A DNA stretch of 33,201 bases from Candidatus Eiseniibacteriota bacterium (GCA_043809585.1 JBDROZ010000032.1:1-33201); one strand, 5' to 3'. Numbered from the stretch's first letter, positions 16,496 to 25,571 are shown. Program-made: numbers and translations. Notes: a model not told the origin generated them from the letters alone.

Positions 16496-17292
16496 CGGTC
16501 TCCTCCCTCGTCTCCCGGCGAGATCCACCGGTCGAGGAACCGGAGAAGCTCGTCGGGCGGCCGGATCCAGACGTCCGCCTCCGTGGGTCGTTCCTCCGTC
16601 CGGACGAGCACCCGGAGGCCCCGGCCCGCGAGGGCACGGAAGGCGTCCTCGTCGGTCCGGTCGTCACCGAGGTAAGCCGCCGGGATCCCGGCGGGCTCTT
16701 CGCCGAGAACCGTGTCCACCGCAAGGCCCTTCGTCCGCCCCGGTGCCCGGAGTTCGATCCCGCCGTCGAACTCATGCACTTCCAGTCCCGCTGCGTGGGC
16801 GACGGACCCGAGGCTTCGCTCCGTCCGCGCTCGGAGCCGCTTCGACTCCCCGGGCGGAAGGCCCCGGAAGTGCACGGCGAGACCTGCGGGCTTCCGCTCG
16901 CATCGTCCCAGGAAGCCGGCGGCCGCCGCCCAGTCGTCCGCCTCGGCGAGTCCCCGGACCTGGGCCTCCTCGAGCGGCGCGATCCGCACGGGCTCCCCCG
17001 GGAGAAGCCGCTCCCACCCGTGGGAACCCCAGATCTCGGGGGGATCGCGCGTTCCGAGAAGAGGGATCAGGTCTTCGGTCCACCGTCCACTGATCAGCAC
17101 GAGTCTCGTCGACCGATCCCGCCCAATCGTCCCGAGCCTTTCCCGGACTCCGGGATAGGGGAACGCTCGGTCCCGATCGACGCGGAAGGGCGCGAGGGTC
17201 CCGTCGTAGTCGAGAAAGAGAACCCTGCGGCGGGCGGTGCGGAGGGACGCGAAGAAGCGGTTCGGCAGGGCGCTGTCTCCGAGAATCTTCAT
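16492..17292 (-). CDS. otsB: Trehalose-6-phosphate phosphatase (HAD IIB)
   Basis: FLDYDGTL, ISGR, GSHG and GDDRTDEDAF motifs; adjacent to otsA. Confidence 0.95.
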   Translation of the reverse strand: MKILGDSALPNRFFASLRTARRRVLFLDYDGTLAPFRVDRDRAFPYPGVRERLGTIGRDRSTRLVLISGRWTEDLIPLLGTRDPPEIWGSHGWERLLPGEPVRIAPLEEAQVRGLAEADDWAAAAGFLGRCERKPAGLAVHFRGLPPGESKRLRARTERSLGSVAHAAGLEVHEFDGGIELRAPGRTKGLAVDTVLGEEPAGIPAAYLGDDRTDEDAFRALAGRGLRVLVRTEERPTEADVWIRPPDELLRFLDRWISPGDEGGDR

Positions 17293-17326
17293 GATCGGCG
17301 TTGGGCGGGGGCCCGGTCCTCCCTCC

Positions 17327-18568
17327 CTATTCGAGTTCCACCCGATCGCCCGAGCCTTGCGTGATCGTGAGCATGAGCGTCAAGTACTCGCGAAGGTGCC
17401 GGGTGAGCAGGAAGTTCTCTCGTACGAACTCTCTCGCCTTTTCTCCCATGTCGCTCATCTTCTCACGGTTGCTGAAGAGATAGCGGATGCGGAGCGCCGC
17501 CCCTTCCGGAGTGCGAACCAGGAAGCCCGTATGGTGGTTGATCACCTGAAGCCGGATTCCCCCCGTGTCGCCGCCAATGACGGGGCGCCCTTTCCAGAGA
17601 GCTTCGGTGACGGTGAGGCCGAACCCCTCCTTGGTCGACTTCTGGAGGACGATGTCCGCCGCCCGCTGCAAAGCGTTAATCGTCCGGTGGGCGTCGGCGG
17701 GAAGAAGGAGCACGTGCACGTCGGGGTCGTCCCCCGCGGCACCGTTCACCTCCGCGAGGACCGCCTCCCCTTCCGGATCGTCCGTCGCCCCCCCTCCCGC
17801 GAGCACGAGCTGCAACGAGGGGAGGAAGTTCTTCGCCAGCCGGTACGCCTGAATCACGCCGACCGGATCCTTGAAACGGTCGAACCGAGAGACCTGGATG
17901 ATGAGGGGCCGGTCCGGGTCGATGCCGAACTCCCCGTAGACCTTCTTCACCTCTTTCGCGGGGAGGTCCCTGTTCTTGTCCGAGAGGGGGTCGATGCTCG
18001 GCGGTATCAGGTACTGGGGATGGGGAAGGGATTGGGAAAACGCCGCGAGGGAGAAGATGCTCGCGTCATAGCCCGAGACGAACCGGCGCAGGTACTTCCA
18101 GGTCGGCCGGTAGGGGCGGCTCACGTCGATGTGGCAGCGCCAGATCCACTTCCCCTTCCTCTTCGGCGTGTACTCGAGAAGAGGCGCAGGCTGGGGATCG
18201 TGAATGATGACGAGGTCGGCGTCCTTCAACGCGGGCCGGAGCGTCTCCGCGTTCCTGCGATTCGTCTCCTCGAAGTTCCGGAGGAGGCGATCGGAAACGG
18301 GCGCCGGACACCCTTGGAGGCCGTTGTGGAAGCTCTTCGTGCACTGGTAGAAGTCCGCCTCGGCGGTGATCACCTCCCAGCGCGCGTCGATGCCGAGCTC
18401 CCGCTTCAAGGGGATCAGCTTGTCCAGGATCTCCGCCACGCCTCCGCCGACCCTCGTCGAGTTGACGTGGACCACCTTCATCCCCCGGAGGGGCTTGGCG
18501 AGCTGGCGGAGGTGGTTCATCACGTCGGCGCCGACCACCTTCGCGTAGGCGTCAAGAATGCCCGCCAT
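17327..18568 (-). CDS. treT: Trehalose glycosyltransferring synthase (GT4), TreT-like
   Basis: HVNSTRVGGGVAEIL, IHDPQP, WIWRCHID, QVSRFDRFKDP and EGFGLTVTEALWK motifs. Confidence 0.92.
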   Translation of the reverse strand: MAGILDAYAKVVGADVMNHLRQLAKPLRGMKVVHVNSTRVGGGVAEILDKLIPLKRELGIDARWEVITAEADFYQCTKSFHNGLQGCPAPVSDRLLRNFEETNRRNAETLRPALKDADLVIIHDPQPAPLLEYTPKRKGKWIWRCHIDVSRPYRPTWKYLRRFVSGYDASIFSLAAFSQSLPHPQYLIPPSIDPLSDKNRDLPAKEVKKVYGEFGIDPDRPLIIQVSRFDRFKDPVGVIQAYRLAKNFLPSLQLVLAGGGATDDPEGEAVLAEVNGAAGDDPDVHVLLLPADAHRTINALQRAADIVLQKSTKEGFGLTVTEALWKGRPVIGGDTGGIRLQVINHHTGFLVRTPEGAALRIRYLFSNREKMSDMGEKAREFVRENFLLTRHLREYLTLMLTITQGSGDRVELE

Positions 18569-18571
18569 CTC

Positions 18572-19252
18572 CTACGCCCCCTCCCCGCCGCCCAGATGGC
18601 GGCGGAAGATGCCGGCCAGCTCCGCGCGGAGGTCCTTGAGCCCGGCGAAATACGGATCCACTCCGTCCAAGTCGTGAACGAGGTCGCCGTAGTCGGGGCC
18701 GAGGTCGGCGAGCCAGCTCCGAAAGTCGTCCACCCGGTTCCATGTGCGCCGCCGGGCGTCGATGACGTGAAAGAAGACGCTGCCGAGCGACATGTGGGCC
18801 ACCGCGTCCGGGAGCTCTCGGGGATGGTCGAGCGTGCGGTGGGTGTTGAAGACGACGATTTGGGAGCGGATGAAGGCGAACCGGTTGTCCGCGTTGGCCC
18901 ACGGGACGATTTCCGTCTCGTCGAGACGCTCCTCGATCACCTCGAGCAGCTCCGACCTGATCTCCTCGAGGTCCTCGAAATCGGTGGGGTCGATGATCCC
19001 GAGCCTTTCCGCGAGGGCCCCGTCGTGCAGCCCGTGACGGGCCCAGGCGGCGAAGTCGTTGTTGTATTCCGGGTCGTCGAAGCCCGGCCGGAGGAGGCCG
19101 CCCCAGAAATGGTAGTAGATGCTGTCCGGGTGAACCGTGATCAGGTGGTCCCGGAGCTCCCGGAGGTTCTGGGCCGTCTGGCCGATGGCGATGGCCGCCA
19201 GCGCGCAGTCTCGGATCACAAACGACTGAATTTTTTGGCGCTTCACACTCAT
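18572..19252 (-). CDS. DUF5752-like protein associated with treT
   Basis: Duplicated motif (A.NLREL...SIYYH; SVFFH...DF..W) and NDFAAWA; directly upstream of treT. Confidence 0.8.
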   Translation of the reverse strand: MSVKRQKIQSFVIRDCALAAIAIGQTAQNLRELRDHLITVHPDSIYYHFWGGLLRPGFDDPEYNNDFAAWARHGLHDGALAERLGIIDPTDFEDLEEIRSELLEVIEERLDETEIVPWANADNRFAFIRSQIVVFNTHRTLDHPRELPDAVAHMSLGSVFFHVIDARRRTWNRVDDFRSWLADLGPDYGDLVHDLDGVDPYFAGLKDLRAELAGIFRRHLGGGEGA

Positions 19253-19322
19253 CTCCCGGTAATGTAGCTCAGGGACGTGGGGTCGATCAAGGCCATTCCC
19301 GAAAGCGGGCCCTTCGGTCCCC

Positions 19323-19352
19323 TTGACACCGGTCTCCGGCCTCTCTTACGTT
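19323..19352 (+). promoter_or_regulatory. Putative sigma70 promoter for the ECF operon
   Basis: TTGACA, 18-bp spacer, TACGTT. Confidence 0.45.
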
Positions 19353-19432
19353 CCCGGAAGAACCGCCCGGAAGGCGCGATGCCTCGACTTGATTTTTAAT
19401 AGGCGGATCGCACGCGATCATCGTCTGTAGCG

Positions 19433-20065
19433 ATGAACGCCGGACCGGGGAGGAACAGGTTGGGTCAGAAGATGGAACCGACCGATCTGGTCTTGGTGGG
19501 CCAGGTCATGGACGGCGACATCGCCGCCTTCAACCAGCTCATATCCCGTTGGGAGAGAGCGGTTTACAATTTCGTGTACCGCGTGGTCGGTCACGAGGAG
19601 GATGCGAAGGACCTCGTTCAGGAGACGGTGATCCGCGTCTACCACGGTTTGGGGAGGCTGAAGGACCCGAACAAGTTTCCGTCATGGTTGTTCCGGATCG
19701 CCCACAACGTCTGTCTCGACCGGCTGAGGAGCGGTAAACACCGTCCCATGGTCTCGACGGACGCCCTCCCGGAGGGGGGTGTCGAGAGGTTGATCGACGA
19801 TCGGATCGACTTCCTCCGGGGGCGGACCGATCCGGAAGACGCGGTGTACCGGAAAGAGCTTTCGTCGATTCTCGGAAGGGCCCTGCAGGGACTCTCCGAG
19901 GAGCAGCGAACGGCGGTGGTGATGAGAGAATACAACGGATACAGCAGCAAGGAGATCGCGGAGATTCTCGGGGTGCCGGTGGGCACCGTCCGCTCGAGGG
20001 TTTTTCACGGGCTGAGAAACCTCGGCCGGGTCTTGAAGAGGCTCCGCGCGGAAGAAGGGAGGTAA
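19433..20065 (+). CDS. ECF-family RNA polymerase sigma factor
   Basis: DAKDLVQET, FPSWLFRIAHN and EIAEILGVPVGTVRSR motifs; the true start may be the ATG at 19472. Confidence 0.95.
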   Translation: MNAGPGRNRLGQKMEPTDLVLVGQVMDGDIAAFNQLISRWERAVYNFVYRVVGHEEDAKDLVQETVIRVYHGLGRLKDPNKFPSWLFRIAHNVCLDRLRSGKHRPMVSTDALPEGGVERLIDDRIDFLRGRTDPEDAVYRKELSSILGRALQGLSEEQRTAVVMREYNGYSSKEIAEILGVPVGTVRSRVFHGLRNLGRVLKRLRAEEGR

Positions 20066-20071
20066 CCGATC

Positions 20072-20794
20072 GTGCGACGGGAGGAGATGGAACAGGTTCT
20101 CGTCGGGTACCTCTACGGAGAACTCACCCCCGAGGAGCGGATCACGGTCGAGCGGGAACTCCGCCTCGACCCCGCGTGGGTCGAGGTCCTCGAAGAGCTT
20201 CGCTCGACGGTCGGTATCTTGAGAAGATGGGAAGACGAAGACCCGGCGGTCCGCACGGTCCTGACGACGCCGGGGACGCCGGACCGGGAGGTCCGGAGGG
20301 ATCGCCCGCCGCGGGTGCGGCGGCGGTGGGGGCCGATCGTTCCCGCCGCGGTCGGCGTCGCGGCCGCCCTGATCCTGGTCGTGGCCAACACGGAGGTGGG
20401 CGTCGAGGACGGACGCTTCCGGCTCTCCTTCGGGAAGGCCCGGATAGAGAGGGTGGAAACCGCGATTCCCGCGAGCGTCCCTCTCGAACTGGGGACGACC
20501 GTTTCCTCCCCCGGGGCGGGCCCGTACGTGACGGAGGAGGACTTCCTCCGGAGCCAGGCGGAGCTCGTCCGGTTCGTAGCGACCCTCCTCCGGGACAGCG
20601 AAGAGCGGCAATCGGACCGGTTCCTGAACGCCTTCGCCGAGTACGCCCGAGAGCTGGAGGAGAAGCGGGAGGGGGACTTCGTGGTGATGGAACGGCGGCT
20701 GAACGTCGTCGAAGACGGGGCCCGGGACATTCTGGACCGGGTCAAGTCCGATATTCCCCCGTCCCCCGACCCTGAAGGAGGAGTGTCCCGATGA
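20072..20794 (+). CDS. Putative transmembrane anti-sigma factor
   Basis: Immediately follows the ECF gene; N-terminal YLYGEL..EER...E..L anti-sigma-like domain, one TM segment and a helical C-terminus. Confidence 0.75.
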   Translation: MRREEMEQVLVGYLYGELTPEERITVERELRLDPAWVEVLEELRSTVGILRRWEDEDPAVRTVLTTPGTPDREVRRDRPPRVRRRWGPIVPAAVGVAAALILVVANTEVGVEDGRFRLSFGKARIERVETAIPASVPLELGTTVSSPGAGPYVTEEDFLRSQAELVRFVATLLRDSEERQSDRFLNAFAEYARELEEKREGDFVVMERRLNVVEDGARDILDRVKSDIPPSPDPEGGVSR

Positions 20795-21393
20795 AGCGCA
20801 TGGGAATCGCTCTCGGGGCGGCGCTCGTGATCGCGGGGATTCTGGCTTTGCCGGCCCGGGCGGGCGAGAATCCGGAGAAGAAGCTGGCGGTCCTCGAGAA
20901 GATCATCGACACCTCGCTCATCGAGAGCAAGAGCGCCCTGGTGTACGCGGGGGGAGTGGTGGAGGGCTTCTACCTGCCCGGATTGGGGGCACTCTTCAAG
21001 TTCGAGTTCGCTTTCGTGGAGAAGTCGGGCATGAAGATCCTCGACAATCTCGACAACATGGACTCCCTGAAGATCTACTGGCGCGAGATGATCGGTCTCG
21101 ACGAGGAGGGAAGCCCGGGCAACGTCCGCCGGCGGGAGCACCTGAACAAGATCGAAGACGAGCTGATCGACACGATGATGAATTACGGGGCCACCCTCGG
21201 ATCCGCCGTGGCGGACGACGAGCAGCTGGTCCTGATGGCGTTCCCCTGGCAGGAGGAGTGGGACGTCACGCCCGAACCGGTCCGGTCGCTCACGATCCGG
21301 GCCCGGTACGGCGACCTGAAAGAGCACGCCGCCGATCGCCTGAGCGAGGAGCAGATGCGGCGGCGGATCACGGTGACGGAACAGACGAAGTAG
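20791..21393 (+). CDS. Hypothetical secreted protein
   Basis: Signal peptide (MKRMGIALGAALVIAGILALPARA); GGAGG SD; ATGA overlap with the upstream gene; GFYLPGLGALF motif. Confidence 0.8.
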   Translation: MKRMGIALGAALVIAGILALPARAGENPEKKLAVLEKIIDTSLIESKSALVYAGGVVEGFYLPGLGALFKFEFAFVEKSGMKILDNLDNMDSLKIYWREMIGLDEEGSPGNVRRREHLNKIEDELIDTMMNYGATLGSAVADDEQLVLMAFPWQEEWDVTPEPVRSLTIRARYGDLKEHAADRLSEEQMRRRITVTEQTK

Positions 21394-21395
21394 CT

Positions 21396-22539
21396 TCAGT
21401 AAAGTTCGAGCTTGAGAAGGCGCCCGTCGAGGGCGCCGTTCCTCATCGGCTTCTTCCACGCCGGCCGGAGGCCGATCTTCTTCACCAGCTCCCGGTCGCC
21501 GAGATAGATGTAGGCCGTCGATCCCCGGCACCGGCGTTTCAGGAAGTCGCCGAAGTCGGCGATCAGGCGGCCCACGTCCTCCCCCCGTCCCGACCGGATC
21601 CCGTAGGGGGGATTGCAGAGCAGGACCCCCTCCTCGATGCCGGGCAGAACCCGGAAGTCGGCCTTCTCGATGATCACGTCCTCCCCCCCCCGGGAGAAGA
21701 CGGAGGTTGGTCCGTGCGGCGCCGACGGCCCCCCCGTCCACGTCGCTCCCCCGGATCGTCCCCCGGGGGGGCGGGCTCATGGCCTCCTCCCCATCCCGGC
21801 GGAGCCGGTTCCAGAGGTCCTCGTCGAAATCGGGGAGATGCCGGAGCCCGAACCGTTCCCGGAGCAGCCCCGCGGGAATGTTCCCCGCCCGGAGGAGGGC
21901 CTCGGCGAGAAGGGTCCCGCCGCCGCACATCGGATCGAGAAGGGGGCGGCTCCCGTCGTATTCCGCGAGATCAACGATCGCCGCGGCGAGGGTCTCCCGC
22001 ATCGGCGCCTCTACGGCGGCCCGCCGGTAACCCCGGCGGTGAAGGGCTCCTCCCGACGTGTCAAGGCTGATCACCGCCTTGTTCCCGTGGATCCTGAGGT
22101 GCAGGAGTACGTCCGGGTCCCGCCGGTCCACGCTCGGTCGCTCCCCCCCCTCCTCCTCCCGGAAGCGATCGGCGACGGCGTCCTTCAGGCGCTGGGCCGC
22201 GAACCGGGAGTGGGTGATGCGGCTGTTCGCGACGCTCGCCTCGATGGCGAAAGTCTCCCGCACGGAGAAGAGACCGGGCCAGTCGACGGAGAGCCCGGTC
22301 TTGTAAAGATAGCGGTCGCTGTGGCAGTCGAACGCCACGAGGGGGGCGAGAATCCGGGAGAGGATCCTCGCCTGCAGGTGAATTCGGTAGAGCTCCTCCT
22401 TGCCGGCGCGAAACGAGACGCCCCGGTAGTCCGCCCGGACCTCTGTCCCCCCGAGACGGGCGACCTCCGCGGCCGCCGTCTCCTCGAGCCCTTCCGCGAC
22501 GGGGGCGAAGTAGCCTCCGCTCTTCTGGTAGGCGAACAT
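21396..22539 (-). pseudogene. THUMP-domain RNA methyltransferase (RlmL/YpsC-like), interrupted by a frameshift in a G9 run
   Basis: N-terminal part has GLEE, LHRRGYR, APMRETLAAA and LDPMCGGGT; C-terminal part in another frame has NPPYG and NGAL; the frames join if the run at 21683-21691 is 8 rather than 9 nt. Confidence 0.85.
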
Positions 22540-22558
22540 GGGATCCCCGCCCCGGATT

Positions 22559-22753
22559 CTAGCCTTGATCTTTCATAAGATCTCGAGATCCAACGCGTGA
22601 GAGTGCGTCAGCCGGGGCCGCACGTAGCCCGAACCATGGGGAGCGTATTTGACAATACGTGAGCCATGGTGAGGGCGAGTACGGTTCCGGATGGCGTGCT
22701 GGCACGCGAGCGACAGCGTTTTGAGCCGAGATCTTATGAAAGACCAAGGCTAG
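22559..22753. mobile_element. MITE-like 195-bp palindromic element (family B)
   Basis: 27-bp terminal inverted repeats (22559-22585 and 22727-22753, 1 mismatch) beginning and ending in CTAG; nested internal stems; no credible ORF. Confidence 0.8.
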
Positions 22754-23781
22754 TTCCCGTGAAGGGTGGTCCCCGACGACCGGAGATCGTCCACGGCCCT
22801 CATGACCCGGGCGGCCATGCCTTCCTCCGCCTTCTTCAAGTAGCCTCGCGGGTCGTACAGCTTCTTGTCCCCCACCTCGCCGTCGATCCTGAGAACGCCG
22901 TCGTAGTTCTTCATCACGTGGTCCACGATCGGGCGGGTGAAGGCGTACTGGGTGTCCGTGTCGACGTTCATCTTGATGACGCCGTAGCCGAGGGTCTCGC
23001 GGATCTCCTCCGGGCTCGAACCGGAGCCGCCGTGGAAGACGAGCCAGAAGTAGGCCTCGTCGCCGAATTCCTTGCGGAGGGCGTCCTGGCCTTCCTTCAG
23101 GATCTTCGGCTTCAGCTTCACGTTCCCCGGTTTGTAGACGCCGTGCACGTTGCCGAAGGTGGCGGCGAACATGTACCGGGCCCCCTTCACCGCGCTCAGG
23201 CGGCGGTAGACCTCGACCATGTCCCCCGGCGTGGTGTAGAGCTTCTCCTTCGGCCCGTCGTGGGAGACACCGTCCTCCTCGCCGCCGACGACCCCCGCCT
23301 CCACTTCGAGAATGATGTCGGCCTTCCGGCACCGGTCGAGGAGCTTCACGGCGATGTCCATGTTATCGTTCAGCGGAAGTGCGGACCCGTCGAACATGTG
23401 GCTCTGGAAAAGATTCGGGAGGCCTTTCTCCCGCCGCTTCTCCGTTTCCGTGATGAGCGGGCCGAGGAACGTGTCCACCTTGTCCGCCGGGCAGTGGTCG
23501 GTGTGAAGGGCGACGTAGACGTCGTACTCTTCGGCGGCCCGGTGAACGTACTCGGCGAGGGCGATCGCCCCCTTCGCCATGTCCTTCACGCCGAGCCCGG
23601 AGGCGAACTGGCCTCCCCCCGTGGAGACCTGAATGATCCCATCGCTCTTCTTTTCGGCGAAGCCGCGGAGGACGGCGTTCGCGGTGATCATGGAAGTGAT
23701 GTTGATCGCCGGATAGGCGAAGTGGTTCTCGTACGCGTTGTCGAGCATCTTCACGTAGGCCGCGTGATTGGCCACGGGCAT
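22750..23781 (-). CDS. fbaA: Class II fructose-bisphosphate aldolase
   Basis: FAYPAIN, LHTDHC, SHMFDGS, LEVEAGVVGGEEDG, FGNVHGVY, VFHGGSGS and KMNVDTD motifs. Confidence 0.97.
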   Translation of the reverse strand: MPVANHAAYVKMLDNAYENHFAYPAINITSMITANAVLRGFAEKKSDGIIQVSTGGGQFASGLGVKDMAKGAIALAEYVHRAAEEYDVYVALHTDHCPADKVDTFLGPLITETEKRREKGLPNLFQSHMFDGSALPLNDNMDIAVKLLDRCRKADIILEVEAGVVGGEEDGVSHDGPKEKLYTTPGDMVEVYRRLSAVKGARYMFAATFGNVHGVYKPGNVKLKPKILKEGQDALRKEFGDEAYFWLVFHGGSGSSPEEIRETLGYGVIKMNVDTDTQYAFTRPIVDHVMKNYDGVLRIDGEVGDKKLYDPRGYLKKAEEGMAARVMRAVDDLRSSGTTLHGN

Positions 23782-24126
23782 GGGCGTCGTCTCCTTTCCT
23801 CGTCCGAATCGAATGCACCGCTCCGCCCGCCGCCGAAGGGGCGCCGCAAAAAACGATCATAACGCGGATCGACCGGCCGTTCCACGCCCCTCGGCGGCCT
23901 CCTTCCGGCTTGAGGAAGGCCGCGAGAACGAGGCCGGCCACGAGCCCGGCGCCGGTTTCGTCGATTCCCACGGCCCAGCGGAACGGGGCCGGATGGTACC
24001 ACCAGATCAAGAAGTCGAGGTGGTCGAAAAGGGCGGCGGCGGCGCCCCGCGCGAAGAGGGCGACCCAGGAGCCTCCCCCCGTCCTCCACGGAATATGGGG
24101 GATCGGCTCCCCCCCGGGCAACCGCC

Positions 24127-25224
24127 TCAGGCCGAAAGGGAGAGGACCTCGTCGAAGAGCCGGTCGAAGCGGGGGGCGACCTCGGGCCAGGCGAACCGGT
24201 CCGGGACCCCCCCGAGGGCCGGGTGCCTCGGCGTTCCGGCCATGAGATAGGCGCGGGCCTTGGCGAAGAGCTCGTCCTGGTCCCCCCAGTAGCAGGAGGG
24301 GAACCGGTCGGGGGGCAGGATCTCGGGATAGGCGAGCGCCCGCGGGAGCAGGGGAAACGCCCCGGCATGGATCGCCTCGAGGATGGAGATGCCGAAGAAC
24401 TCGTGACGCGCCGTGGAGACGACCAGGTCGGCGGAGGCGAGGAGCTTCGCGTAGGCGGCCCTGGTCTTGGCGAATCCGACGTGGACGAGGTGGGGACCGG
24501 CCGCTTCGGGCAGCTCTTCGAAGAGGTCGGAGCGGGCCCCCTCGGGCGCGCCGGTCACGATCAGGCGGAACTCGGCGCGGCTCTCCCGGAGACGGCGGAC
24601 GAGGCCGAGCAAGAGGTCCCTGCCCTTATCGTGCTCCCACCGGTGGTTCCAGAGGAGCGTGGGCGGCGCTCCCTCTTCCCGGGGCGGTCGGGACCGGGAG
24701 AGGGTCGCGAAGTCGACGCCGGGGGGGATGACGGAGGAGCGTTCCCGGAAGAGGGCGGGAAGGCCCGCCGGCCGCCGGTCCGGGAGGGCCCTGAGGAATC
24801 CGGGCAGGGCGTGGAGGAACTCCTCCCGGTGGTAGCGCGAGTTGAACAGGATGCGGTCCGCCGCCATGCCGGAGGCGACCTGGGTCATCACGAGGTGGAG
24901 GTCGCGCCTCTCCCCCTCCCCGAGCGGGTAAGTGAGTTGATTCTCGTGGAAGTAGAGAACCCGGGGGGGACGGCGGAGGGGTTCGCCCGCGAGGCCGAGA
25001 AACTCGGCGAGGGGGAGCATGGAGGAGGCGAGGAGGAGGTCGGGGGATTCCCGGCCTTCGAGGGTGCGGGCGAAAAGGGGGGCCGAGCCGCGCATGCGCC
25101 ACTTCCAGAAGCGTCCGGGAAGGGTGACGAGTTCGATCTCGTGGCCGCTGTGGCGGGCCAGTCCTTCGGCGAAGGCCTTGTGGGATCCGCCGCAGTACGG
25201 TTCGAGAAAGAGGATGCGCGCCAT
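24127..25224 (-). CDS. GT-B glycosyltransferase with DUF3524 domain (GTDC1-like)
   Basis: LEPYCGGSH, WKWRMRG, YFHENQLTYP, WNHRWEHDK and HEFFGIS motifs. Confidence 0.9.
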   Translation of the reverse strand: MARILFLEPYCGGSHKAFAEGLARHSGHEIELVTLPGRFWKWRMRGSAPLFARTLEGRESPDLLLASSMLPLAEFLGLAGEPLRRPPRVLYFHENQLTYPLGEGERRDLHLVMTQVASGMAADRILFNSRYHREEFLHALPGFLRALPDRRPAGLPALFRERSSVIPPGVDFATLSRSRPPREEGAPPTLLWNHRWEHDKGRDLLLGLVRRLRESRAEFRLIVTGAPEGARSDLFEELPEAAGPHLVHVGFAKTRAAYAKLLASADLVVSTARHEFFGISILEAIHAGAFPLLPRALAYPEILPPDRFPSCYWGDQDELFAKARAYLMAGTPRHPALGGVPDRFAWPEVAPRFDRLFDEVLSLSA

Positions 25225-25349
25225 GATCGGTCGATTGTAGCGGAAAGGGGCCCGCCGGGGCAGGGCGGATGTCGAGGCGGGAGGGTAGCTCGGTCAGTAG
25301 AAGTACGGCCGGGGCCTCGTTCGCCGCAGGCGCGGACAGAGTCGAATGC

Positions 25350-25571
25350 TCAGACCAGGGTCTTCTCCCGCTCCGGTTCCTTCGTTCTCTCCCTCTCCCG
25401 GGGGCGATCCGCGACGGAGAGGTTCGCGGTCTCGGCGGGCGAGTAGAGGCGCGGTTCGGCCCCGTTCGACGCCGCCGGATAGGCGACGGCCCCCCGGGTC
25501 GAGAGAGAGAGGAACCGGCCGGTGAAGAGGGCCAGTGCGAAATACGCGAGAATTCCGAGAAGAACTTCCAT
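25350..25571 (-). CDS. Possible small membrane-anchored protein (73 aa)
   Basis: Purine-rich SD (AAGGTGGGGG) before ATG; N-terminal hydrophobic helix followed by a charged tail. Confidence 0.5.
   Translation of the reverse strand: MEVLLGILAYFALALFTGRFLSLSTRGAVAYPAASNGAEPRLYSPAETANLSVADRPRERERTKEPEREKTLV

Noticed and set aside
20113-22539. 808-aa ORF as a single fusion protein
   Set aside because: It is the THUMP methyltransferase running out of frame at the G9 tract into the antisense of the ECF operon genes.
22700-22714. TGGCAC as a sigma54 promoter (also at 12650 and the CGGCAC at 13735)
   Set aside because: No GC at the -12 position.
25277-25310. GCGGGAGGGTAGCTCGGTCAGTAGAAGTACGGCC resembles a tRNA 5' half
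   Set aside because: No anticodon arm, T-loop (GTTCGA) or acceptor-stem partner follows.
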